A stretch of DNA of 64,000 bases from Octopus sinensis (GCF_006345805.1 NC_043002.1:8370001-8434000); one strand, 5' to 3'; counted from the first letter of the stretch, positions 52,020-64,000 are shown. Made by a program: numbers and translations. Notes: generated by a model from the sequence alone, not told the origin.

Positions 52020-53364
52020 AGAAATAGCAGCTAAATCTCTGTCTAATCACATTTAAATATTTTGAAAAAACAAAAGGAAAGATGGAAAGAAGGTCACATT
52101 ATATAATTTAATCTTAGATATTTGTAAGCCTGGGAAAAAAAAGATAGGCCTTGTTATTCCAGCTGTATATATATAATAGCTGGTAATGCAACCTTGATCC
52201 TACACTGAAATTCTCACACTTATATATCAACCCTGGCAGAGAGGTTGACCTATTGGAAATAGCAGTCAAATTCCCATCAAATTACACTTCATTGGAAATG
52301 CATTTTGGACAATGTAGTATACTAAACTTGAAATTGAATATAGATGAGATGTTCATGGTTGGACTGCTTTTAGTCATAGTTCTACCTGATCAGGGCTAAC
52401 CAGAGGCTAAATAACAACAACATACCAAGCCATTAGTACTTCTATGACAACAACTGTAAAAATATTTATAATGAAGCTGCAACCACCAAGTTATGTATAA
52501 ACTTCAAAAAGGCTCTTACTAGAGTACAAGATAGGTCTTGAAGAGAAATTGATATGCAGAATATATTTATTTTCTATATTTTTCTGTGATATGTTTTTAA
52601 ACTGCTAAAATTATGTTTCAAATGAAAGCTTGTCATTGGCCTGCATTGAAATTGCAGTTGCACGAGGTTGCTGCATCACGTTGCTTAAAAAAACAAACTG
52701 TAAGTCATAGTAATAGTAAAATAAAGGAGGGAAAAAAAAATTATTCTTTAAATGACTTAAAAATAGATTCTATCTTTCAAAAACCAAAAATATTACAAGC
52801 TATCAGCTTTCACTAAAGAAAAACAACAAATTAATTACATTTTTCTTTTCATTTATTTATATATTTTAGGCATTTTTTTTTTGTAAAAAAAACCCCCAAC
52901 TTTTTTGATAAAATATCAAACATGAAGTGTTTTAGAAAAAAGGAAGTTAGACAGAGAGGAAAGATTAGAAAAAAACGAAGTAATAAGAAGAAATAGGGTG
53001 TGTGTAAAAAGAAAGCAAATTTAGCTGATCAAGAGAAATATGAGAACTTAAATTTCAACAAATGTGTGAGACAGAATGTTATTTTATTCTGTGAAAGGTA
53101 CAGGATATTGATATACCATTAGAATTAATGGTGATAAACTTCTAGACACAGATTTTTAAACATGTAGTTAAGTTAATTACATTTTTTCATTTATTTATAT
53201 ATTACTAATTTTTGTAAAAAAAAAAGAGAAAAAAAAAAGCATTTTAAAAAAAGGAAGTATTCATTGTGTTTTGAGAGTTTCTGCCTATCAATTTCAGTCA
53301 TAAGGTGTTGGTTGGTTGACACTTGCCCAAGGTATGCTGTACAGAGGGATGTAACTGGAAGCCA

Positions 53365-53715
53365 AATGAAGAAGGTGCGATGTAGATGAAGAATATTTGA
53401 AGGAGAATATTCCTCATGTCGTCAACCAGGAGAATTCATCTACGAAGCAATTGCCCCAGCTCCTCTTCAGGGTTGGCGAAAGTGATGTGGTGGACAACGA
53501 AAAACCTGGCTGATGACAGTCAAGGCTGATCTGGTACCCAACCTAGGCCTCCATATTTACGGCGTTCACCGCTGGAATAAAGAGTGGTTGGAGATCACGT
53601 GGTTGTTAGCCTCAAATCGCCAGGTCTGGTCGGCGTTTGTGAGAGATGCAGCATTGAGGATGAATGAAGCCAGCTCAACCCACCCCGGGTGAATGCTGCC
53701 TCAAGTCAAGTCAAG
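53365..53715 (+). mobile_element. RTE-clade LINE 3' end
   Basis: HVVNQENS / GQRKTWLMTVKADL...NRQVWSAFVRDA-type C-terminal pieces and a (TCAAG)n tail. Confidence 0.7.
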
Positions 53716-53998
53716 TGAAGCCAAATGGTTATGAAGTGAACTACATGCCTTTGCTTCTCTGTATATCAGAATGCATGAATGTATAGAAGGGTGGATGGAT
53801 AGATGGATGGATGCATGAAAGCTATTAACTCTTCTGGCCATTAACAGTTTCTCTTTCCGAGTGAAGATGTGTGCAGTAATGAGAGCTGATGTGACAGAGA
53901 ATAGTGACAAATGGAGAGACGCTGTATTAAAAGTGACCTAGCTAACAACATGTCATCTTGGAAAAATGGATGCAAAACAATGACGTTGATGATAATGA

Positions 53999-54041
<43 letters not shown>

Positions 54042-54669
54042 GGATAAATGAATTATCCTTTGTTTAGCGTTAACATGGAAAATTCAATAAACAGTTACCA
54101 GGGTAGCTTCAACTCCATTTATTTACTTATATATATATATATTATATATATATATATATATTATTTCAGAACTCATTTCTCTTTCCGTCTTTCATACTAC
54201 ATACACATCTATATACATGGGAAAGATGTAATTAGATCAGTTTGAGAGTTATATCTTACAAATGAGACAGCACAGGCTCAATACAGATGGAAAGAAGCAG
54301 GACTACAGATTTGACCCATCCATTTCAATGCTATAAATAACTTGACCTAAAAGTGATGTTACAGATGGAAATCATACAGTCCTTCTTGTTGTCATCAATA
54401 ATCTTTTTCTATAACAATGGTTGGTCTGGTGAAGCAAAAACTAATGAAGAGACCTGTAAAACATTTAAATTAAGAAACTCAGATGCTCATCATAATCTTT
54501 TTGTTACTATATACTTGTCTTGCTGGATAAACAGAATCAGTAGAGTGTCAGATTAAATGCTTCACAGTATTTAATAATATTCCTTCACCCTCCATGTTCA
54601 AACTCTGCCAAATATGCACTTTCCCTTTCATCTTTTCAGGGTTGTTAAAATAAGCAGCATTCAAATAAT

Positions 54670-55203
54670 ATAAGGACACAGGAAATGTGTCAAAGCCGAC
54701 AGGAAGCATCAATGCCTCCTAGGGCTAAATAGCAGTGGTGTGATTCCTTTTACAGGACTGTCACATTAAGTTGACAGTATACAACCACTATATCGTTCCA
54801 CCACCGCTCATATCTCTCTGAGATATTTAGAAATTTAATATTTCTAATTTTGGTGATCAGTGAATAAACTTCACTGAAAATATATATATTTGCGAAAGTT
54901 TTACAAGCATCTTCACCAAGCAGGGCCATGCTACCCTAGACTGATGATAAGCAAAGACTCAGAAACATGCATGTCTCTAGGTGCTGGCCCTAGCTGGTGT
55001 GGGTACTTGTCTCCCCTTCGCAAATATAAGGACACAGAAAATGTGTCAAAGCTGACAGGAAGCGTTGATGCTTCCTAGGGCTAAATAGCGGTGGTGTGAT
55101 TCCCTTTACGGGACTGTCACATTAAGTTGACAGTATACAACCGCTCTATCGTTCCACCACCGTTCATATCTCACTGAGATATTTAGAAATTTAATATTTC
55201 TAA
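54670..55203 (+). mobile_element. Retrozyme-like element: 356-nt period, about 1.5 units, central hammerhead, 10-bp TSD
   Basis: Direct repeats 54667-54849 and 55023-55205 (13 differences in 183 bp by hand count); TTCAAATAAT at 54660-54669 and 55204-55213; HHR at 54935-54981. Confidence 0.75.
54935..54981 (+). ncRNA. Type I hammerhead ribozyme
   Basis: CCUAGA-CUGAUGA(54941-54947)-UAAG CAAAGA CUCA-GAAAC(54962-54966)-AUGCAU-GUC(54973-54975)-UCUAGG. Canonical core, 6-bp stem I, fully palindromic stem III ACAUGCAUGU. Confidence 0.85.
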
Positions 55204-55623
55204 TTCAAATAATTGTTTCAGTTCAATTAAGTACACTGTACCTCAAAATATGGCCTTTGTGCCTTCGGTTAGCAATCATAATTATTTATTAATTTAGGGC
55301 ATTGAATAATATATTTAGTCTCTTCTCTTTCAGATGTAAGTTCTGCTAATATTGATTCAATTAGAATCCCTTGCAGGGCAACAACTCAGAAAAGCAAGGA
55401 GGGTATCCAAGAAAAGAAAATTTGCCTCAGTGAAAAGACTGGAAATGTGGATGTTAAAATGACGATGGTTATGATGATAATGACAATAAACTTTGATGAC
55501 ATTTCACTCATAATAAATAAATGGATTAACTAGGAGGTGATAGTTGGAAATAACTTCATCATTCTCCATATATTACATAAGAAAGAATTTTTCACACACT
55601 TTTTAGGAGTTTTTAGTTATGAA

Positions 55624-55992
55624 CTAGCACTATGACCCAGCAATGCCAGGTCATAGTGCTAGTGCATGCATATACAGCTGCACGCATGCACACATACCTG
55701 TGAGTACTGTCCAAATCTCTGACCAATCACATACAGCTAGCTGGCTTTCAATTGGTGTATCAAGTTTTGGGCATTTTGATTGGGTTTTGGATAGAAAATT
55801 CACAAAAAAGTCACTTCTATTGATTTTTTTAATGGCTTTGTGGGGCGACTGGGGAAATGTAAAGATGTGCACGACCACCCTTGGACGGTTTTGAATGACC
55901 ATAGAAAGTGCGAGCCCTCTAACTGAAAAATTGTAGATTTGTATAAAGGACACACACACAGACAGACATTTTGTCGTTTATATATAGAGAGA
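55624..55992 (-). mobile_element. Non-autonomous Helitron-like element
   Basis: Minus strand: A|TCTCTCTATATATAAA 5' end with (TGTC)n; 3' hairpin ACCTGGCATTGCTGGGT a few nt before CTAG|T; A/T insertion site. Confidence 0.75.
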
Positions 55993-56198
55993 TTTATAGA
56001 TAAGCTCTTCCTTTGGTCAATTTACTCACATACTTAATGTTGCAGAGTTTAAAATCCATTATACATTTGACAAATATTGCTAATTCTTCAGTTTCTCTGA
56101 TTATTCTGTATTCTGTTTAGAATTCCCCTTTCCAAGGATGCTCAACACATCATTCTATAAAATTCTATATTATAAACCCAATAAAGAAGATAACTAAT

Positions 56199-56615
56199 TT
56201 AGGATCTTTTTGGTTGAACGGCAGTTTTTTCTAGTGGTATCATGAAATTGTCACCCATAATTATGACCCCAGTATCGATCTATTGCATTTCAATTTGTTT
56301 TAGGGTTAGGGGTGGGAGGAAGGGTATCTTTTTTTCTTCAGAAATGTAAATAAACCCAATCTGTTTCTTAAATGAGGGACATATTCATACGGCACAGAAT
56401 GCTTTCACCTCAATAGACATCATTGATTGGTTGAAATTGCAGAAATGAGAAGAAAAAAACAACAAATATCTTACAAAATCTATAGAATTTTCTCAATAAA
56501 GCCAAGAGAAAATGATGTTTTATAAACACATTCTACCAGTATATGAAGTTTAAAAGTGTTTAGTTACATGGAAATTATTTTAAAAACCTGCCGTTCAAAC
56601 CGAAAAGATCCCTAA
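56199..56615. mobile_element. MITE with about 28-bp TIRs
   Basis: ttaggatctttttggttgaacggcag ... ctgccgttcaaaccgaaaagatccctaa. Confidence 0.8.
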
Positions 56616-56969
56616 TTTATTTGTTCATTTTTGTATATTGTCTTTTACAAAATTCTCAAAATGCTAAGAAAGATTTGGTATTGAATTGCTCAGAAGTATG
56701 ATAGTGACTAAAAACTTCTTTATTTTTGTGCTCTTTCTATTTATACCGAGTACTAATGTCAGAAGTATTTATATAGTTTCAGCTGTAAAAATGAACAATT
56801 ATTTGAAAGATGAATGAACAGAGACACTTTATACTCTTATCTGATGTAGCAGTTTCACAACAATGATTATTATCCTGTATAAATAATTTATATTGGGTGT
56901 TTTTGAAAATGCTTTTAAAAAACTAAAGGGCTTATTTCAAACTCTTGAGGATTTTTGCTTTTAGTATAT

Positions 56970-57110
56970 GGATGGATGGAAGCACTCCGTCGGTTACGAC
57001 GACGAGGGTTCCGGTTGATCCGAATCAACGGAACAGCCTGCTCGTGAAATTAACATGTAAGTGGCTCAGCACTCCACAGACATGTGCACCCTTAACGTAG
57101 TTCTCGGGGA
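56970..57110. repeat. Short GC-richer structured repeat fragment
   Basis: Contains the hairpin GTTCC-GGTTGAT-CCGA-ATCAAC-GGAAC. Recognised by recall as a dispersed repeat; single copy here. Confidence 0.4.
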
Positions 57111-57169
57111 TGATGATAATGATGATGATGAGATGACAATTAAAGCTATTTCAAATATATCTTGTCAAT

Positions 57170-57725
57170 CATCAAAATCAAAAACAAATTTGATGGCTGA
57201 CGTCCATGCAGGCAGGGTGCAAAGAGCACCATCCGAGTGTGATCATTGCCAGAGCGGCTAACTGGCTTCCATGCCAGTGGCACTTAAATGGTACCATTCG
57301 AGCGTGATCGTTATCAGCATCGCCTTACTGGCACTCGAGCCCCGTGCTAGTAGGGTATTAAGAGCACCATCCGAGTGTGATCATTGCCAGAGCGGCTAAC
57401 TGGCTTCCGTGCTGGTGGCATGTAAAACGCACCATATGAGTGTGATTGTTACCAGCATCGTCTTACTGGTACCTGTGCTGGTGGCATGTGTAAAAAGATT
57501 CGAGCGAGGTCGTTGCCTGTACCACCTGACTGGCCCCTGTGCTGGTGGCACGTAAAAGCACACACTACACTCTCGGAGTGGTTGGCGTTAGGAAGGGCAT
57601 CCAGCTGTAGAAACTCTGCCAGATCAGACTGGAGCCTGGTGCAGCCATCTGGTTCACCAGTCCTCAGTCATTCGTCCAACCCATGCTAGCATGGAAAGCG
57701 GACGTTAAACGATGATGATGATGAT
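57170..57725 (+). mobile_element. Repeat family C (long copy)
   Basis: ATCAAA tract, duplicated modules, tail. Confidence 0.88.
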
Positions 57726-58464
57726 TCCACAACTATAAGCTCTATGTTTTATAATATTTTAAGGAGTTATGACCCCTTTCACAAGTCAACATGAATCTTC
57801 CAACTGATATCAAAAAGGAGGAAAAAGAACCATTAGTGTGTGATCAATGAAAGTATAAACTATATTGCCTTGATACAAGTATGCCCTCGATACAAGTATG
57901 CAGATGATTTATCATTAAACATATATAAATTGCGATGGAAAATAGAATCTTCCTGCCATTTACATTTATTTATAATCTAAAGAGATCGCATCCCTTAGTG
58001 TGATGTAAGCATTAATGTTTCCCTAGACTGTGTAGAATTTAGCAATTTGAGCTATTAGCTTATTGCATTCTGTAATATCAATATTTGCAGGAGAGGAAAA
58101 GTATATAAAACAAGGCATTATAGTATTGTAGAGGAACTCAAACAGCAATAGCAAGCATATTTGCATTTAGTTGTATAGATCTATATAAAATTAGGTCTTT
58201 CATCAGCAGTTGTTCACAATCGTTTTGATTTTGTGGCACACTTAGGATTAATTAAAGAGTGGAACACTTTGTAGGGAAAATATATTTAAAAAAATCATTG
58301 CTTATTGTTTAGTAGTAATACATGTGTTAAACAAAATTATAAATAACACATTTTTCAAGACACTCAAGAACTAATATTGATTTCCTAAATTAAGTTATAG
58401 CTTAAAATTTTTTAGCCCACCTAGTTACTCTAAATTAAACATCACTGTGCTGCAGTGCACCGTC

Positions 58465-58835
58465 AGTGGCATGTAAAAACCACCAACCGATTGTGGCCGC
58501 GTTGCCAGCCTCCCCTGGCAACTGTGCCGGTGGCATGTAAAAAGCACCATCCGTACGAGGCCAATGCCAGCGCCACCTTGACTGGCTTCCGTACTGGTGA
58601 CACATAAAAAGCACCAACCGATCGTGGCCATTGCCAGCCTCCCCTGGCACCTGTGCCGGTGGCATGTAAAAAGCACACACTACACTCACGGAGTGGTTGG
58701 CGTTAGGAAGGGCATCCAGCTGTAGAAACACTGCCAGACCAGACTGGAGCTTGGTGCAGCCTCCTGGCTTCCCAGACCCCGGTCGAATTATCCAACCCAT
58801 GCTAGCACGGAAAACGAATGATGAGATGATGATGA
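58465..58835 (+). mobile_element. Repeat family C
   Basis: Modules plus tail. Confidence 0.85.
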
Positions 58836-60457
58836 TTTAGTTTTTGAAGATGATTGTTTCAATTTCTTTAGGTAAGTTAGTTGTTGGTGACCTTAGTCAC
58901 TGCTTTGGGGTGTGGTGACTTTGCCTGACATGAATCCTGGGCTTAGCTGACTCTGGTTGACAATACTTGGTATGAGTTCCTGCCTAGGGTTATGGAGCTT
59001 CAGTTAAAGGTTCACTGTTTTATGAGACAAAGACTAAGGAGTAAACCATATAACAAATTCCAAGTGGAACTCTGAAGGCCGTCTGATATTCAAACCAATC
59101 TCTTCCAGCAACTCATGCAATCAAACTGGTGCCAAATGTACTATTCTACTCCTTTGGACCATACCAGCAAGGCCAGAAGAAGAATTTGGCATCTAGGCAA
59201 CCTAGGATCTCTATATACTCAGTTCCTGGAGAGGTCATTTCAGTGACTTTGTGAAAAGTGGCAGCAGCAACATGAAAGTTCATGTTGGGTTACAGTTCAA
59301 ACTTAAACTGACCAATGGTATGGAAGTCCATTCACTCTTAAGGGAGAAAGATCCCATAGAAGGATGGAATCAGTATTCAAATCTCAGTTTCATTTTTATC
59401 TAGGAGGGTGAATGTTTTGTTAAATGATTGGGGGCTTCAAGTTGAGAATTGACCATTCTCCTATAATGTTACAAGGAGCTTGTACCTGTGGAAAAACTAT
59501 CAAAACAGATTATAACTACTTTTAAGGTTCTTTTTTTTTGAACTAACAGATTTATTATTACAGATGTCTTCTTCCTGATATAAATGTCAAATTTCTCCAA
59601 CGAACTTTGATTTGGCTATTACGATGTCAGTCGTTTTAAATATTTCAAGTATTAAAAAATAACCCATGCAAAGATCTGCTGTTATTCTTCTTCCAAATCT
59701 TGCTCAGTTTGGATCACAGAATAAAAGATCTCATCACTTAAAATATACATCTTATTCCCTTTTTAAGATAGTAAGGTGATTTGGTTGCTATTTCTAACAG
59801 GTTGAGTGATGACACAGCCCCAAACACACATCTTCATGAAGGTCCTAACCAAAATAGTAGATTGAATTAACAGACACAACTCTTATCCTGGTGCCAACAA
59901 CCATCAACCACTGCATTCAAATTGTGTTTAGTGCTGGGTGTGCAGCTTGCAATCGGCCCAGGCATTTCCACAGGCATTTATTAGCCATCAAGTAAGTGTT
60001 TGTAAATTCATTCCAAAGTTCTGTTACATCAAATTTACATTTTTCTTATAAAATATTAAAAATATGGCACTATTCTAGAGTCTCTCATGCCAGCATGAAC
60101 AATACATGTTAGATGTTGATAATGATGATGATATTTTTCTACAGAGTAAAATAGGTAAGATGGAGAGATGTAATTCACTGTTTAAAACTGTGTACAATTA
60201 TTTTATTCAGCAGAGATTATTATGTACCAAAAGCAGATAACGAAATAGCTCTATTTCTGTCTTATGTATAATACCAAAACAATAAGCAATAAAAAAAATA
60301 ATAAATAAACAAAAGAAACTTACTAAAATAATATAACAACTTGATAAAAGTAATGCATAAATACTTATACACCCTTAAAATACAACTGTACAATGATTCT
60401 TCCCATACTCAAATGTTGCAATATAAACATGAATATATACATTACACACACACACAA

Positions 60458-60775
60458 AAGATAGATAGATAGATAGATAGATAGAAAGAGATAGATAGAT
60501 AGATAGGTAGATAGATAGATAGAAAGAGATAGATAGATAGATAGGTAGATAGATAGATAGAAAGAGATAGATAGATAGATAGGTAGATAGATAGATAGAA
60601 AGAGATAGATAGATAGATAGGTAGATAGATAGATAGAAAGAGATAGATAGATAGATAGGTAGATAGATAGATAGAAGATAGATAGATAGATATAGATAGA
60701 TAGATAGAAAGAGATAGATAGATAGATAGATAGATAGATGGATAGATATATATATATATATAGATAGATAGAAAG

Positions 60776-60841
<66 letters not shown>

Positions 60842-61107
60842 GTAGATAGATAGATAGAAAGAGATAGATAGATAGATAGGTAGATAGATAGATAGAAAGA
60901 GATAGATAGATAGATAGGTAGATAGATAGATAGAAAGAGATAGATAGATAGATAGGTAGATAGATAGATAGAAAGAGATAGATAGATAGATAGGTAGATA
61001 GATAGATAGAAAGAGATAGATAGATAGATAGATAGATAGAAAGAGATAGATAGATAGATAGATAGATGGATAGATATATATATATATATATATAGATAGA
61101 TAGAAAG

Positions 61108-61198
<91 letters not shown>
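60458..61198. repeat. (GATA)n satellite with higher-order variant units
   Basis: About 740 bp of GATA with recurring AGAAAG and GGTA interruptions. Confidence 0.97.
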
Positions 61199-61965
61199 CT
61201 GCACTATAAATGCTTGAAACCAATTTAGATGATTTTAGTGGATGCGAGTTAATGGGAATACATAAAATGCAACTGGAATTGGTTGTAACCTAAATAAATC
61301 TTCACAGCAAAACTGTGTATGAAGTGTTACACAATAGTAGAAAATGGGAGAAGCCATTTTAGTCATCTGAAAACTGCTGAAGTGGAATTATGTCAGTGAT
61401 CAGGTTGCAATGGTACATTGAAACTTTTGACATGCCATCACATGAAAATTAAATAGAATAGTTTACGTGTGCTTTTAGATGACTGAAATAGCTCTTCCAT
61501 GATGTAATCATTCTAGTTTCAATACACTGATCAAGTTGCTTACAAAACAAGTCCAACTCTTGGCAAAACCTTTTTTTATTTGTGAAATATGAAATTTTTT
61601 AAGTCTGCCATTTCAGAAAGAAACAAACAAAAAAACTTCCTCTTTTTCTGCAACAAGACTTGACCCCCCCAAAATGCCTGAAAATTCTTCTCCTAATGCT
61701 ATATGGACTTAAAACTTTTTTGTATTATTCAGTGCCATACCAAGAGTTCTCAGTGTCCAGGATACACTTTTGGCACTCTCCTCACCTTAACTAAAAGAAG
61801 TGGTAAACTAGAAGAGATTTTGAACCTTTTCATACTCTACTTTGGCACTATTTCATATGTTGTTCAGTGTAATCCATTATAAGTCTTGCACTTTTTCATC
61901 TTCTACCCTCCCTGGGACTGATAAAGTAAATTATTATTATCATTATTATTATTATAATTATTATT

Positions 61966-62518
61966 GAGTGAGAGAGCAGTGCATGCCATCAAAGTGACAC
62001 TAGGGTAAAATATATGAAGCCCAGTATACCCACCATGACTACCCGTCTGATAAGAGTACACTAGGCACATGCATCACAACCATGTGTGCGTGACATGGTG
62101 ATCTCATATCAAGATAAACAGCACATGACCTTGCAGGTGGGGCCCTGTTAGAATTTTCTTCAGGTCGAGTAGCCCATCCTGCTCAAAAGGTCCCTGAATA
62201 AGGGTTGTTTAAGGATGTTGAACAAAACACCCATGTTTCCAGAGGTGAATTATTCAAACCCCAAAGAATCCCTCTCAACACATGGCTATGATGCTCCCCA
62301 CTACTTCTGCTCGTGATCAGAGATGCACATATTGTCAGCCACTAAGGGACATGCTCAACTGGTTAAAGTCAAACAACTGACAAGCAAATCTGTGGTATTG
62401 AGCAGAATATTTGCTGTAGTCCATCTTTTATAGCAAGAAAAAACAATGTACATGATAACACTTCCAATCTGTTAAGATCAGAAGCCATGAGAGCCACTGT
62501 CTGGTACTGCATCAGGGC

Positions 62519-62520
<2 letters not shown>
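61966..62520 (-). mobile_element. Repeat family D in (TTA)n
   Basis: Reverse complement of 4241-4770. Confidence 0.8.
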
Positions 62521-62551
<31 letters not shown>

Positions 62552-63104
62552 AATATGAATTAGAAGCAGCTCAAGGCATATAAACAAAATTGAACACACA
62601 TACACATCATGTGTATGTTGAATACAATAACACAAGGTGTATACATACAAACTAACAACACACACACACATCTTGTGTATGTGTGTGCAATTATTATTAT
62701 TATTATTATTTGACTTGATTTGGGTAAAATTTATGTGGGTAGAGGGTTACTATTTGTAACCTGAGATATCCATAAGCTTTACTCAAAACCCTTTTGATCA
62801 TTTTTACTCTTCCTAAGAGACAAACTTTCTGTGGAAGCTCAACAGGACATTCCATTCTAATCTCTTTTAACCATCTGTCTATGTTGATATTGACACTAGT
62901 TATTACAGGTACAACCTTTACCGTTTTCATATTACAAATTCTCACTATTTCAAATTTTAAGGGACTGTATTTTTGAAAAAAAATTTTGTCTCCTTTCTTT
63001 ACAGTCCTGGATTAAAATAGACATGATGGACCAAGTAGGAAGCAACTTTGCTTTTCTTTGTCCATTATTGTTATATCTGGTTTATTATTTTCTCTCTTCC
63101 TATC

Positions 63105-63606
63105 GGAATTACAACCGTGTTTCTTGGTCTGCTACCACAACAGCTCCTTTATAGGATCCAGTTAGCTCAAGACATCATCAGGAGGAACCACATCCGGTTT
63201 CGGCGCCTACACCTCTACCGTTTTGACGTGCCCTCCCCCCACTTTCGGAGGTGCCTTCAGCTCTGGTGTGACTGACAGGTGACGGTCATTTAGAGAATGC
63301 GCGGGCTAATACTACGGGCTTTCACTAGATAATAATGATAATAACAAGGGAAAAATTTGACAAGTCAGTCAGTCACTAACTGATGATACATCGAAGAGGC
63401 CAGGGAACAGAAGAAAGAAGATATGCACCCAACACCAGAGCTGAAGACACATCTGAAAGTGGCGGGGGGGGGGTCCCCGCCACGTTAAAACGGTAGAGGA
63501 ATAGGGGCCGAAACTGGACGTGGTTCCTCCTGATGATGTCTTGAGCTAACTAGATCCTATAAAGGAGCTGTTGTGGTAGCAGACCACGAAACACGGTTGA
63601 AATTCC
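63105..63606. mobile_element. Fold-back element with hammerhead-like motifs and 12-bp flanking direct repeat
   Basis: Arms 63105-63269 and 63432-63606; tctcttcctatc at 63093-63104 and 63612-63623. Confidence 0.7.
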
Positions 63607-64000
63607 TTCCTTCTCTTCCTATCAGCTTGAATTGGAAAATCAAAACCATCAGTGTCCCCATTATGATTTCATAGCCAAATCCATCCCTGGACTAAAATTA
63701 CATTCATGCATCCATTGCAAATAGATACAGCTTCTTTTATTTTTAACCCTCTTTTTTATTTCAAAATAATAATGAAGGAGAATAAGTTAAGAACAATTTC
63801 ATGAAGTTTGGACAGGTGGAATACTTAGTTACCAGAGCAAACATCCCAACCTTGTGACAAATCTGTCTCTGCCAAACTCTCAACTTTGGACCAGTTTGAA
63901 ATATTTTCAAGAGAAAGTTTACGATTCTGGTCGTGGATAAAGAAGACTGTGGGAACAAATTTAGCAATTTTTGGCAAAAAATATACCCTTTTGCCAAGTT

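Noticed and set aside
54260-54453. Exon-like segment (ttttacag| ... |gtaaga) on the minus strand
   Set aside because: Stops in all three frames and no supporting evidence; such site pairs occur by chance in long introns.
58860-59400. Balanced-composition stretch that might be a decayed coding element
   Set aside because: No motif recognised in any frame.
60365-61223. Two long ORFs of about 280 aa
   Set aside because: Translations of (TATC)n; no coding signal.

Overview
AT-rich, repeat-dense eukaryotic DNA. The SINE families and microsatellite load resemble Octopus (inferred from recall, not verified). The window is almost entirely intronic. It holds one clear coding exon (15572-16395, minus strand; spectrin-repeat region of a probable PLEKHG4/puratrophin-like RhoGEF). 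The rest is tRNA-derived SINEs, RTE and R4-like LINE remnants, two Penelope-like (PLE) GIY-YIG remnants, decayed Tc1, mariner and hAT transposons, MITEs, a Helitron-like element and large microsatellites. The main finding is a set of type I hammerhead ribozyme (HHR) motifs from several unrelated repeat families. The best case is a 534-bp element (54670-55203) with a 356-nt period, a 10-bp target-site duplication and a complete HHR at the tip of a long predicted RNA rod, which fits a retrozyme-like, circRNA-derived insertion. Other HHRs sit in fold-back PLE ends, one family with the compensatory U3-A8 core, and downstream of the PLE ORF remnants. Many long fold-backs would give intronic dsRNA. 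All folds and counts were done by eye. Repeat boundaries are approximate unless stated. Repeat family letters A-F are my own labels.
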